Assembly: GCF_018350175.1 (NCBI RefSeq)
Contig: NC_058368.1
Location: forward strand, 167,464,001-167,528,000
Reading direction: 5' to 3'
Source: Felis catus
Lineage: Eukaryota
DNA length: 64,000 bases
The position numbers were made by a program, and so were the translations under genes. Under the pieces are notes generated by a model that saw only the letters and a list, made by a program, of their open reading frames with translations, searched no databases and was not told the DNA's origin. The stretch's first letter is position 1. Each line of letters starts with the position of its first letter. Shown here piece by piece: positions 25,923 to 40,100 of this stretch.

Positions 25923-28900
25923 CTTTAGCCTCTTCCAGCGTGTACTATAAATATTATACTTTTCTGTGTATGCAAAGATATGAGAAAAGTTGGGAACCAC
26001 TGCACACGAATCAAACTGCTTGATGTCTGAATCATCTTCTATGACAATTCATGTTATAAGCGGTACTATTAATGTATGTGATAATGTGTGAGAAAAAAAA
26101 TGAAGCGGGCGATATAAAAAGATTTTTTCAAAAATCGGAAGGTTGGAAGCCACTCAGAAACACATTCCTGAGGATCTACTGAGCTCACATTTTCATTATA
26201 ATCTAGTAAGTGTGAACACTATAGAAGTACTTTGTCTACTCAATTGTCAGGGTCAAAGTACAATTGGGTTGGGTTTATTGGTGGGTCTTTTAAAAATACT
26301 GTATTTTTCTCATGCAATGAAGTGTACCCAGCAGGGATCCAAACTATATATGCAGCAACAAAACATGATTAAAAGCTTTTTAATGAAGGCACTGTAAACA
26401 GCATTTTCCTTCTGCTTTAGAATATTTCAAATACAAAATTAGCAAGCCCCAGAGACTGGAATTTCTGCTACAGGAGAGATGAAAGGTTAACTGTCTAAAA
26501 AGGAAAGAATATGTTTGACATATTCTATTTAGAAAATAAAAGCGTTTCCTAATAAAAGCAGAGCCCCACTTGATGCGCCTAATACCCCTTCAGTGTTTGC
26601 ATACACAACCAAGTAATTAGAAAGCCCCACTCCAAAAAAAAAAAAAAAAAAAAAAAGTGAATAAAAAGCCATTGCAGACATGGGTCCCTTGTTTACCAGG
26701 CTTGCTGGAGGCCCCTGGAGGTCAGTGTGATTGACAGGATTTTGGTGTTGGGAGGAGGGTTGATAATGCACACGCATCTCTTGAGAGGAGAGCTCTGGAG
26801 TCCCGACCATGGTTAATAGAAGGGCAGCTACTAAGGAGAACAATGTAAGAGGCAAAGCCTGGGGGGCTGGTGGGCGGAAGGATGTTCAAGGATTGCAAAT
26901 GACATTCCCAGTTAATTAGTACCCATTGGGAAGCTGAGGTACACCATGCCAAAAAAAGAAAACTAAAAATTCCCAGGGCAAGGATCTTCCTTTGCCAAAG
27001 GCAAGGCACCCTGTAGCCATTTCCATTAGGTACACTTCAGTAACCCCAACTCCCAAAAGCGTCCTTATGAGCTGCTGAAGCTCCAGACATTTTGAGAAAA
27101 GCAACACTGGTTTCTGTAACGTGTGGCAGTGTTAATTTCATTAGGCATGTCCGAAAGGCAAAAAACCACAGCCTTAAATCACAAAGCCAACTTTATCTCC
27201 GTGTCTTACTTGAATTCCTAGAAACTCAATGAAAAGTATTTTCTACATTTCCAGTCATTGAGAGGAATCATGTGAATTATTCCCAAGGTCCTTACACTTG
27301 AAGATCCCAAATTTAACAAGAACATCCAGCCAGCTTCATTTGATATAACGATGTTCGGGTTATGTGCTTACAGAGAATAAAACTATTTCCATGATAGGTT
27401 ATTAAATTAGTTTAATGAATGTGGCTTCAGCCAAGGAAGATGTCACTCTTTGAGGTACACAGAGACAGCTGCCATCAGAAACTTGTATTTTCTTGTCACT
27501 GTGCTAGACTTCCACTTATTAATGAGACCACCTATCGGCTGCTGCCCACACAAATTTTTAACCATCAAAAAACCCTCATTTTACCAGTCAAAGCCTGGTA
27601 AGTAGAATCATGGTCCATTTGCTGATTCTGCTTCATAGCATATCAATTAAAACTACTGGAATATATATGCTGAAATGTAGATTTTTTACAAAATTGGAAA
27701 TTTTCCTTTTTGTGACTCTTTCACCTGAAAACTCAAGCCATTCCTTGAGGCAAAGGATAAAAATAATCTTGTCTTGACAAGGTTACACCAGGTTTTTCCT
27801 AACTTAATCCTTGGAAAACTTTTCACTTAATCTACTTCATCCTGTAGAAAGCGCTGTTCAGAGTTTCTATATGATATTAAAACAATAAACAGACATGCAG
27901 GGTGTCAAAGTTCTAAGGGGAAAAATACACAGAGATCTTTAAAAAAGAGTGTTTTCTTTTCCAAAATCCTCCAATTGAGTGTTCTTTCTTTGGGGTACTG
28001 AGCGATACGTTCCCCTTAAAAAACACGTACTGCAGAAAAAAATACAAAATTACACATCTAATGGAACACCACAGATAAGCTAAAAAGCAAGTATCCGAAA
28101 GATAATTTGAGTTAAAAAAATTTCAACTTGGCTTATGTGAATGTATTTGAATATGTTCCCTTAAAAATAATTTTAAGAAAGGGTTGTTAAAACATTTTCA
28201 TTCTGAGACCCCCATAACTGAAACACCTGTGAAGGAAAGCTGCTTTTCCCCTTTGAACTCTAAGCACCGTGCTGGCCCCATGAGGCGTGCTCAAGTGCAG
28301 CCACAGTGACAGAGCACAGGGACTCATTTTCCCATTCTCTCACGCTTTCTCATTCATTGCTTTGTCTCCCTTCTTAAAAAGGGGGAAACGACCCTCCAGT
28401 CATTTGCCACAAGGTCCACACAGCCATTCCAGGGCTTGCAGGACAGTGTGTCACCAGGACAACTGAAATAAACATGAAAGACAGATGTGAAGGCCGGAAT
28501 TCTTCAAAGGCAGGAGGGTTTGACACTTCATAAATCACCGTGTCACTCTACTATAACAAAAGCTGTTCTCATGTACTGTACTCCAGGTTCGCTCCTGCCA
28601 TACTTGCTGGTGGGGTCTGTTTGCATACCACATCTGGCTTGTCACTGAAAGCTTTATAAATGCAACAAATCAACGCCAGGGAGAAAAGGGCAAGGCCTTT
28701 GTTCTTAATACAATAAAGCCTTCTTAATAAAGAATCCACGGAGCCAGTTACTTCAAAACTCAAAATACTAAACTGTCCCAGGTATGAAATGAAAATACTT
28801 TAAAACTGAACATGTACAAAAAAGCCTACGCACGTGGTAAGTTTTACGGTCTCGGTTTGTACACTCATGATGATAGTATTCTCAAGAGGGTAAGTACAAA

Positions 28901-29760
28901 ATGGTGAGTAGCTATTGGTACCCATGCTCAAGTGGGTCTAAGTCAACTCTGTCTTTTACTTGGTAGGCAGATGAAGACTCCAAGTGAGTTTTTTACAAGA
29001 CTCAGTAAACTATTTGTCGGATTGGACTGAGTAATTCTGTCATCTCAAGATTTTCCTCTTAGTACAGTACTAGAAAAGCTGGCCTTCAAACCATAATTAG
29101 CAAGTTTTCAGGAATGTGTGAGATCATGTTTCTGCCTGCTAAGTACCATTCAGGTGTGCCCAAAGCACAGTGAATTGATACTAATGACTACAGATCAAAA
29201 TGTTTCTGCTGTTTCTTTTAAAAATTATCTTTACAGTGATAGCTCAGGGTACTTAGTAGTTATTCATATCCTGGTCATACAGTTATACACAATATTTAAA
29301 TGAATCATATTGAATAAAACACCTTTATTTATTTTCTAAGCTCCCACTCTCTTAAATTTAGCCCATAAATGTTAATTATCAGATAAGTGTAATAGGATCT
29401 GAATCTAAGGGGAATATGAATGCATGCCATTTTATCATTAGACATAATGTTAGTCTATGCTCTCTTGTTCTGCTAGAAGGGTGGGCCAGTCATCCACGTG
29501 CAGCAGAAATGCATCTACCAAAAACTACCAAATACAGCACTGGTGCCTGATCTTTTCAAGAATGGCCACCCCTAGATGAAAGCAGTTGTGTTTCTTTTAT
29601 TTCAACACCAATGAATGCAAAATGACAAAAACTACCCTAAAGGAGGTAACTTGGTTTTTATTTGTTTGTTTTGGTTTTTTATGGAGGTAACATTTTTATA
29701 TGAGATTGTATTTTGTTAATCCCAACAGCATGCTTATTTGTTTAAAAATAACTAGGGGCA

Positions 29761-29958
29761 GGGCACCTGGGTGGCTCAGTCAGTTAAGCGGCTGACTTCG
29801 GCTCAGGTCATGATCTCAGAGTTTGTGAGTTCGAGCCCCACATTGGGCTTCTGTCTGACAGTGCAGAGCCTGCTTGGGATTTTCTCATTCTCTCTCTCTG
29901 CCCCTTCCCCACACTCTCTCTCAAAATAGAAAAAACTTGAAAAAAAAATAATAATAAT
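29761..29958 (+). mobile_element. Can-SINE, older subfamily
   Basis: gggcacctgggtggctcagtcagttaagc...gcagagcctgcttgggattttctc...ctctctctcaaaata and A-rich tail. Confidence 0.95.
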
Positions 29959-30061
29959 GGTATGTGTATCTCTGAAACACATACGCACATACTTTATGGT
30001 CCACCATCATATTTTGTGGTACAAGAGGATATAAAGACTCCTTTAAAACATCCCCAGGTCA

Positions 30062-30289
30062 GGGGCACCTGGGTGGCTCAGTCGGTTAAGCAGCCGACTT
30101 CGGCTCAGGTCATGATCTCACGGTCTGTGAGTTCAAGCCCCGCATCAGGCTCTGTGCTGACAGCTCAGAGCCTGGAGCCTGTTTCGGATTCTGTGTCTCC
30201 CTCTCTCTGACCCTCCCCTGTTCATGCTCTGTCTCTCCCTGTCTCAAAAATAAATAAAACGTTAAAAAAATTAAAAAAAAACAAACAAA
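30062..30289 (+). mobile_element. Can-SINE (SINEC_Fc type)
   Basis: Full head, CT region and tail; perfect 17-bp TSD aaaacatccccaggtca at 30045-30061 and 30290-30306. Confidence 0.97.
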
Positions 30290-32599
30290 AAAACATCCCC
30301 AGGTCATTGAGGACTCTGCCCCACAAAGCCACTCAAACCTGCGTCCTTTGGCTCTTTCTCAGTTTTCTGCTCTCACATCCTTGGGTTTTATTTTTGTATT
30401 CAAATCACCACTATCTCCAATTCTCTTGTACATTCATTCATTTGAAGATTGTTTATATGTATCCCTTGCCCCCAAATGAAGCTCCAGGAGGGCAGGGATC
30501 CTGCCTTTTTAACAGAAGAGTATTCCCAACACCTCAACAGGGCTCACTGAATTTAAAGAGCATTTAATTTCCACCGATACAGATTCCAAGAGACCAACAA
30601 GAGACAAAACGGCTTATCAAGTAAATGTTATTAAGCTCCATCAGTGTTGTTTCCTTTTATAATAATAATATATATTTAATATAATAAACAATGGGAAATC
30701 TTTACACAGCCTCAAATATTGTGTCCTGCCACCCCCACCCCTTTTTTTTTTTTTTTTTTGGTTTGTTCTTATCTTTGCTTTAGAAATGGTTTACATACCC
30801 CAGGCCCCCTGGAAGGGCAGCTAACTTACTATTATCTAGAGTTAGGAAATGGCCATGATTATCAATCAGTTGGAAAGTGAAAATGTGTCTTGCCCTTATT
30901 TTTTTAGAAACAGTCTCAGATTTTCAGTTTGTGTGTCTTCCATTTGTGTAAGTGCAAAACCATCTAAGATGTGTTGAAGACTTTTGCTGTCCCACTGCTT
31001 TGCAGCCGGCACACAGCTCACAAATGTGCCTGGCCCTTTGTGCAAATACCCAAAAGGCTACATCACTCAAAAACTCCGGTTCACAAGGGGGCCAGCAGGT
31101 GGACAGTGATAGAATCAGCAATGAGTTTGTGCCTCCTGCCTGCTAAGAAGCAATGAGGTGGCATAAAGAGAGGATTATGGTTCCAGGCACAACATCAGTT
31201 TGAACATGAGGCTCAATCATTCACAGAGAATACGGAGATCATATTTAGTACCCAAATTCTACAAGCTTGCTGTAATGCTCAGAAATTTTAAGTGCACTTA
31301 TCTGTCATCCCTTCACTCCATTTCTTTATTGAAATAAATCCCTTTGTAGTAACAAAGCAAGTTTCCTTCTCCTTATGCAGATGAGCAATGCATGGCTGCT
31401 TTCCCATTTGGTTGGTAGGGAAGAATGGCAGGTAGCAAAAGCAGACTGTGGATTACCACTTGCAATTAACAAGAGCAGATAATATCTCCTTTCTTCCAAT
31501 TCCTTTCACTCTTCTAACAAGAAATAATTAAATCGTGTGGCAACTTATGGTAACTGACTGGTTTGTGAGTATCTTTAAGGTGGCACAAAACAGTAGTGAT
31601 TAAATAAAAGCTTCTTTTTTAATGCCAGTGGTTTCAATCTTGAAAATCAATCAGGTGTGGGTTCTTCTGTTTTGTAATTCATCTAGTTAATCAACCAAAA
31701 TAATACCGCTTAACCTCTTTCTGCCCATGCCAAACCTTACTGTCGATGAAGTCAGTGAGCCATTGCACTCTGTAACTTACAATCACCATGAGGGACTCTT
31801 TAACTGGAAGCTCCTCACCTGTGTTCCCGGCAGACCAGCTCTGTGAGCACGAAATTCACTGGATATTACCTCAAGGCCATTCTTGGCACCAGCCGTCCCA
31901 GTAGGAATAATTACTCAGTAGGTGGGAAGGGATATTAATAATGGCAAAACACTTGTTTGCCAGGTCAGAAGAAGGCCCAGAGCACAGGCTGAGTGAGTCA
32001 CAGTCGAGCACAAACGGTCTCAAAACAGACAAGTGTCTGAGCATGTTAAAAATGCAACAACAGCCTAAGGTAGGTGAAAAACAAAGGGTAGTTTATGTAA
32101 TTTACACACCATCCACTATTCACTTCGTTAATGTGACCTTAACTAATTGCAGCTCTAATGATATTGATGATATCAGGAAGGGAGAGAAGAACTTTGAAAT
32201 TATGTTGCTTCACTAAAAGCCAAGCTGGGGATTTTGTAAATGAGGTACAATTGGACCCCACATTTCAAACCAAGGAGGGGTAACTTCACTTGGCAACCTC
32301 TCAGGGCTGTAATGAACCAGCAGAAAATCCAGAAATGCAGACCAGACTTCATGTTACCTGTATCCATCTATCTTTGCCTGTACTGATGCCATGTGACATC
32401 TTTACTAGCTTCTGGAATAGTTGCTTCACACTCCTAGGAGGTCATGCTAGAAATTTCAATTGTAGTAAATAAATTCATAAGAAATAGTGTATAAGCTCAC
32501 AGGTTTTAATTATATTAATGCTGTTAATGTAGATTAGGCATGTACATGTGTGTCCTACACAAATTGCACTTCTGAATTATATTGAAAAACCTTAGAGTA

Positions 32600-32840
32600 A
32601 TAGCACTGTGTAAGGGAAAAGAACATGAGCTTTGATGTGGGAGATGCTCTGAAGGCATTTTCTTTCCTATCCAGCATTGTCTATGGGACCTCAGACGGAA
32701 AAGTTAGTTAACCTCTCTCAGCCTCCATTTCTTACGTAAAAACGGAGATAGTTATATTACAATTTGCGAGGGTTATGAGATTATAAGATTAAGGAGGAAA
32801 TGTATGCGAGAAAGCACAGTTCTTGGCACACAGTAGATAT
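32600..32840 (+). mobile_element. MIR SINE
   Basis: gaaaagaacatgagctttga...ttaacctctctcagcctccatttctt...aaagcacagttcttggcacacagtag. Confidence 0.7.
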
Positions 32841-35285
32841 GTGGATAGCAGATACACCATGGATATGAATATGGTGTATGTGGCATATTCAATATATGTC
32901 ACTTTATCTCCTTTTCCCCTATTTACATGTTAATGTGAACATTTCAAGGTTTTTTTTTTTTTTTGGCAATGCCCACTTCACTTAGATGTGAAGCAATACA
33001 AAATGCTCAGATTTTCCTAAAATGCTCAGTATTTCCTAAAACCTAAAATACTGAATTTTCTCTTAATGCTTTTGTTTCATTAGCAATCAAATTTATATTG
33101 CCCTGCAGAAGCTCTTTATAATAGACATTCAAAAAGACCAGAAACTGCCCAAAAGAGTCGATCAAAAGACCTGATACTAATTTGCTTCTAACCATCAATA
33201 CAGGATCACAGAAAACAACTGAAAGTTATTATTCAGTTTATCTAGGAAGTTAAAAGGATAAAGAACTTGTATCATGCCAGAGTGATTCTAGAATCTAGAC
33301 TGATTTTAAGATGAGGACAGTGGTGTTTTTCTGTTGTTGTTGTTTGTTTGTTTTGCAGTAACAGGTTTCACCTAAAAGATGCAAACGCTCAGAAGCAGCA
33401 GCCTGATTTTGGTTGTAGCACCGTGAGTCTACAGCCGCAGTTGCATTTTCTCTGCATCAATTCATTCCAACATAAGCTTCCCATAGAAACAGTCTTCCTG
33501 AACTAGTGCTGAGCTTTACACAGGATTTTTGCTCACTCTGACAGGACAAAGCCAACAGCCCAGACTTGGCTGGATCTCAACATGGACACCCTCTGTCATG
33601 GGTTGCTCTGCAGTATTCCAGAAGGCGGAAGCTCCAGGAGTTCTGCCTTTCTAGAAATCATCTTTATGTGTGCTTTTATCGTCAGTCATGGATTATAAAT
33701 AGATTCTCTGATTAAATAGTTCCCCAAGTGAAAAGTGCATAGAGAATAATAGAACAGGATTTACTTCTGAATGTGAAAGTACATTATTTTATCCTAACAA
33801 CTAAATCAGTGGAGTAGCAAGTGATCCCAAAATGATCAGGGATGCTTGCAAACTCCTAAATCATAAGGTGTTCTGGTAGAAAGAGGAGTATGAGGATAAA
33901 CTGTAAGTACAATTCTAGTTTCTTCAATTATAGTAGTATAATAGCTTAGAGTGACAAGAAAACATGTCAAGCCTTTAGAAAAGTCTACAACTTATGACAA
34001 GTAGTTTAAAGTAGTAAGGAAGAGACTACCTATGCTATTCTTTCAATATAATGAATATAGGTACCACATGTAGTTACATTGTGGATATAGAATAAACAAC
34101 TGAACTAACTAGGAAATACCCACTTTCCATTTTATCTTCTTCTGTGTAAACCAGAAGATGCTTTTGTGTGGGAAAAAATTATTTGTGCCCTTCCCCCCGC
34201 CCCTCCAAGTTTCTGGCCTAAAAGTACAGCCTTACATTTTTGTTTAAGAACTAGAAAAACCAAACATTTCATGTTCTTATGGTTATTGAGATAAACTTTA
34301 TTTTCTTCTAAAAAGACTAAGATTCTTCTAGATGTGTGTGTGTGGTAGGAGAATGCAAGGAGGGAAAATAATAATTTCAATACCACTATATTGATAAAAT
34401 TAATTTACCTTTTTGGGGTATTCTCAAGTACATGATCTTATTTCAGAGGGACAACCACCATTTGTGGCGCGTGGGGAGTTTTCATAATCACCTCATTTAC
34501 CAGATGTGAAAATTAAGATGGAGCACTGTGCAGGATATAAGAAAGGTCAGGTAAGGACTGACAATGGCCCCATCAGGCAGCCAGGTAGGATTCCCAGTCT
34601 TCTCCTCCACCACAGAACATGAAAGATTCTACAGTTTCCATGCCATAAAGTAAATGTTGTTCACAACAGTCCCCGCAGATGTTATTTCAGGAACCAGGAA
34701 ATAAAGTGACTTTCAGGAAACAAAGCCTGGTGGATGGACCTGAGGAAGCCGTGTTGTCCCTCTTGTTAACACAGAGTCTCATCTCTAAATTGACACAGAG
34801 CTGGTGATTTACAGAAAGGCCAGAGGGAATTGTCAGCTTAGTCATCTATAAGATGGGAAGTACCCACCCTGCTCACCCCACAGGGCTGATGTGGCAACTG
34901 ACTGGGATGACACAGGAAAACATCTTTCCTCACTTACAGACCTCAGTGTTGAAACTAAGCCAGCAAGAGGACCTCTGGTCCTTTAAGACTTATTCTGTGG
35001 GATGTTAGTTATTAAGAGAAGAATAACAATGGCTTTACTGAGCTAGAGACACACAGCTTACACATGATTAGGAAACAATTTGGGAGGCTTGTTTGTTTTT
35101 GTTTTTGTTTTATTGCTATCGCAATCAACATCAATTTAATTTACTCAGAGGATCTCCTAAGTGCTCTTCAAAGTCCATCTTAAAAAAAAAAAAAAGGCAA
35201 AACTCAGAATTTAATAAAAATGGAAACATGAAACTTGCTTGAGCACTCCAACTATGGCAGTATTAGGGATGTAATACAAGTCTAA

Positions 35286-35496
35286 TTTTTTTTAATGTTT
35301 ATTTATTTTTGAGAGAGACAGAAACAGAACATGAGTGGGTGAGGGGCAGAGAGAGAGGGAAACACAGAATCCAAAGCAGGCTCCAGGCCCTGAGCTGTCA
35401 GCACAGAGCCCAATGTGGGGCTCGAACCCACGAGCTGTGAGACCATGACCTGAGCCGAAGTCGGATGCTTAACCAACTGAGGCACCCAGGCACCCC
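35286..35496 (-). mobile_element. Can-SINE (SINEC_Fc type)
   Basis: Head ...cacccaggcacccc; TSD tgtaatacaa(g/a)tctaa at 35270-35285 and 35497-35512. Confidence 0.97.
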
Positions 35497-36149
35497 TGTA
35501 ATACAAATCTAAAGTGATGGTCTCAAAACTAAGAAACCCTCTAGTTAACTTCCATGCACTTCTATCCCTGGTTGCATTAATAGTTCATTAATTTTCTCTC
35601 TCCATCTTCTCACAGCTGGAATATTCTTCCTAAATACAACAATAAAAACCATTTGAAAATTGAGTGTTTAGCATTTCTCTCAGCGATGTTGCCATGGTCA
35701 AAAATATTGCCAAGGAAATTTAGTATTTTTGTTATATACACAGATTTAGGTTTAAAGGGATTACATTATCATATACAATAAATTGTTATAGATGGATGGA
35801 TGAGGTATGTTCTAGGCTTTTCAAACTGTGGATCATGACCTATCGGTGGGCAGTAGTTTTTTTTATAACAGAACTGAATGGAACATAGTCACACCAAATT
35901 TCAAGTGGTTTAGGGGGTGCAATTCAACCATATGTGGGAAGGTAAGAGAACCAAAGCCTTTGTAAAACGTCTGAATAACTACCATAGAAAATATATGACG
36001 TAAAATTATTTCTAGTACAGGAATCTCTTGTTCTTGGTCTCCTTTCCATTGACCTGCTGTGGTTTTGAAGGGCCTATGTCAAATAGTGAGGAATATGGGA
36101 GCTTATCTTAAAAAGCAAATTAATGCACACATTTTAACACTGACACCAA

Positions 36150-36375
36150 GGCAGAATGACAAGAGAGACAGAGAGATCTGGGCTCAAATCCTGTTCATGC
36201 CCCTTTCTAGAGTCATAATCTCATTTAAGTCACTTAATCTCTCAGGCTGGTTCCCACACCTGTAAAGGGGGAAACAACAATATCCGCCTTGCACTTTTGT
36301 TTTAAGGATGAGAAATAATGTGTTATACTGTTCCACACTAGGACTGGCACACAGGATGCACTGATAAAAAGCAGC
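36150..36375 (+). mobile_element. MIR SINE
   Basis: agatctgggctcaaatcctg...aagtcacttaatctctc...ctgtaaaggggg...actggcacacagga. Confidence 0.7.
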
Positions 36376-36849
36376 TGGCCCTGGTGGTGCTTTACCAGGA
36401 GCTGTGCATGGACTCTCAGGTAAAGACTTTCCTTTTGCCTTATTTGTATATTTTACTAGTACAGTTGCATCACTTTCTAAAGAGATTTTATAAATTAAAT
36501 CTGCCTATAAATCAAAGCTATAAAAGAGAACAAATTTGTAATTAGACAAGATGATCTTTGATAAAGACCTTTTTAAAAAAAAAATAATCCTTCATTCAGG
36601 TTCACAAAAGTCAACTACCTAAGAGCTAAAAGGGAGGGGAGTCTCTACCTTAAGTCAAGTTCATATGAATTAGCCTGCGGGGTTTTGGTTAACTGCAAGC
36701 TCACCATGAACCAGAGAGACGGGGCTGTGCCCTAAATCCTAGAGTCTGAGTCAAGAGACGCGACTGACACCTTCACCTTTACACAGCCAGGTCACATACT
36801 GCTGCAGGGCTTGTGACACCCCTTTGTAAACCTCTACTGACAAATGAAA

Positions 36850-37140
36850 GGGGCAGACAGGATGGTGGGTCTGCAGGTAGCATGATCGATGAGGAATGGC
36901 TGAAAAAAATGGAAATGTTTAGGTTGGAAGGAGACTATGTGAGGAAACACGATGCCTACTCTCTAATACCTGAAGGGCTGTGTATAGAATAGATCGCTTT
37001 CATTGCTGCTTTAGAGAACAAGAGGAGGATGAAGCAGCAGGAGGAATTACCCCCTTGGCTGCTGGTGAGATCACGGCCAAGTAGAGGCCAACTGCTGACC
37101 TGCTGAGGACATGGAAGCAATTCCAAACGGGCAGGAGCTG
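36850..37140 (+). mobile_element. L3/CR1 LINE 3' relic
   Basis: atgaggaatggctgaaaaaaatggaaatgtttaggttggaag...aatacctgaagggctgt resembles the CR1/L3 ORF2 C-terminal region. Confidence 0.6.
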
Positions 37141-40100
37141 GAGCTCAGGACATTTAATGTGCCTTTTTTTTCCCTTCCCCCCCAACCCTAAGCTTCTATT
37201 AGTCTTTGGAGGCGCTGTACTTGTTCTAAATAGGCATCCTCTCCTTTCCTTTTTAATAAAGACATTATAAAAATAATAATGTAATGTGCAGGAATTCATT
37301 TACACTGCTTATGCTACAGAAATCTTGATTTAGTAGATATCCCTTCAGGTTACTATTTCTGCTGCTGGCTGCAATATAATAAAGATGCTGACAGTTGTGA
37401 ATTACTTTACTGAGTTCTACAAATTATCAACTCTAATGGTAAATAGGAGAGAAATAAAAGGTAAGGTAGGTGGCTAGGTCAACGAGGGTGAGGCCTGCCT
37501 TTTCTGCATAATTTAAGGCCTCCTGAAAATGATGGCTAATAGATGCCTCTTGCTGAGGAAGAAGAGAAAGTATATACGCCTCTAAGTTTCAGGACATAGA
37601 GGTTAATGGAAAATGGGAACGGCTTTGTTTTATGGGCCCTACTGAAGATGGATGACTGGGGAGATGGGCAAGAGGAATTATTTCTTATCTAGAAGAAGCT
37701 GAGGTTAAGAGATGAGGCAATGGCGTGTGAACGCTGCCCGGGACAATTATTAGTGGAGAGCTCTGACTAAAGGTGAATGGCCTGCTGGGAGATGGGAGAC
37801 ATCTGATAGGTAAAGTCAGTCTTGCCCTGGGGCCATGACCTCATTAATAGTTAAACAACAGCACTGAAAATTAATGACCCACACCTGACTGCCCAGTGAA
37901 ACGGCACTCCTCTTCACAACCGCCCGGAAATCCTCACATGCACATTCCAGCAGGAAGTCTGGCCGCCATGGTTACAGCAATCCCTTTGGGAACTAGCTGG
38001 GTTAAATGAGTAGCGGCAAGACAGATGAAGAAATAGCCTCCATCCGGCCTCCACGATGTAACATGGGATAGAAGAAGCATGGAGCTTCTAAGAAGTAGAG
38101 ATTGACCATATTGAAGTTATTTAGAAAGGAAAAACCATGAACGCTCCTCTGTCAGAATTGGACGTGTGGACGAATGGCACTAATCTGAGTGAGGAAGGCT
38201 GGGCACCACAGTGACCTCCACCCCATCTGCCATATGGCTGTCTGACAAAAGCAATTCGTCAAGCTTCCTGGTTGCCAAATATGCTGGCTTTAAATTGCCA
38301 GGTGGAGGGGAGAACATTTTAAAAGAGCAATTTGAACAACCTCATAATTTTAAAACAGAGGACTTTTCTCCTTGCCACACACAAGATTACCTAAGGTGTT
38401 CACACCACTGTTAAGGTCTGAGGAAACAAAGACCATCCCCACCCCCACCCCTCAGTCTCCAGGTTGTCTTTCTGCTTTGTGCACAGATTTTTGAAAATAG
38501 AGTACAATAAATTCTATGCATGACAGCTTACTGCAGCTAAAGAGTGAGCTCCTGAGATGCACCTTTTTATTTATTGGGGTTGGGGAAGGGAGGTGGTAAT
38601 GTTTCCTGTATTGGATGCCTTATACTTTGCAGACCTTTGGGGACTCATCTCTGCTGAATTCTTTAACAGCTGAGATGACAGGGATGTCCATTACCCAAAT
38701 GGACAGCACTCTCTATTGATCAGGGCTCCACTTAGCCATCTCATTTGTCATCCTATTGTCTCTCATCTTCACTGCTCTCCCTATGAAGGGGGACTCTTTT
38801 CTCAGGTGTTAGAGAGTTAATCTACATTCCAGGCACCACTGAGCAATTAAAACATATAATGAGCAAAACACTTTAGTTCTTCACCTACAAAGAAGCCTGA
38901 CTCGGGCTTCTCCCTATCTCCCCCATACAGGCCACAGGAAGTTAAACAGGTAATCCACTCCTGGAAAAGCCCAAAAGAATTAACTATAATGCTCTTCAAA
39001 CCTTAGCTGTGTCAAGTGCTTGCTTTGCCTCCATTCCTTCTTTCAGAATCTCATTTTAAGAGATAAAAAGGAATATTACAGGAGGAAAGCCCAAATCCCA
39101 ACAAAACAAAGGAAGGTCTACCTAATCTTGCCAGTTAATCATTTGGGGGAAAGTCTTGCTCTGCATCTAATTAGATCTATGCAGTTAAACATCCATCAAG
39201 AATTCTCCCATATAGAGTATGTTTTATGTAGTTCTCATACAAGGGATTAAATTGGGCATGTGGAGAGCAAAGTTGATCCACTTAATGGACTCCCCCAAAA
39301 TACACATCAGCATCCGTGTCAAGGAGCTAGACAGCTTCTTTATCCTTTCACCAAAATGCAGTAACAGAAATAATTAAACATCTCTCAAACCTGAACTGCA
39401 GAGTCATTAGGCAACAGTCAATGACTGGAACCACCACAAGAGCCTGAACCACACTTCACCCTGGCTTTTCTAGCCATTTCTATTCGGAAAGCTTTCCATA
39501 TCCGGATTTCCCCTGAGAACCATTTTATGCTGCTATAAAGACTGTCAACCAGAGGCAGGAGCTCCCCAACACCTGAGCCACACAGAGAACTATCAAATAA
39601 CATTTAATTGCTAGATGACACTGTGTGTCTGGGCTTGAATTCTGATCTCCAAATATTATCCATGCAACTGTCTGCAGAGATAAGGTTGTTATGATAACAG
39701 CAGATAAAGCCAATTAAACCTGGGAGCAGCAAATACTTCAAGATCTTGACTTTCCCCATAAATAGAGTTTGAGAATACATAAACTCTAAGAGGTCTGATA
39801 CCATCTCTCTTATGTAAGGAACATTACTGGAGGCCTCTTTCCTTCTGTGTATGTTGGTGAGTGTTTCCCTGTAAGCACATGAGCTAAGAGAGTTCAACAC
39901 ATGCAAACTGCACGAGCTATTAATTAATTTTACAGCTAGTGTTGGAAAGCAAACGATGATAAAAAATCTAAATCTGGTTCATTTTTTAATACATGATACC
40001 AGTTGTGGTTTCATGATAGACTCAAGCATGCTATCATAAATACACTCTGCACAATTTTCTCCTTTTCACGTTTTAGAGGCTTTCCTGCTTTGTAGCTGAC

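Noticed and set aside
33000..33041. Imperfect 19-bp tandem duplication (similar ones at about 19979 and 41106)
   Set aside because: Ordinary decayed slippage duplications with no further structure
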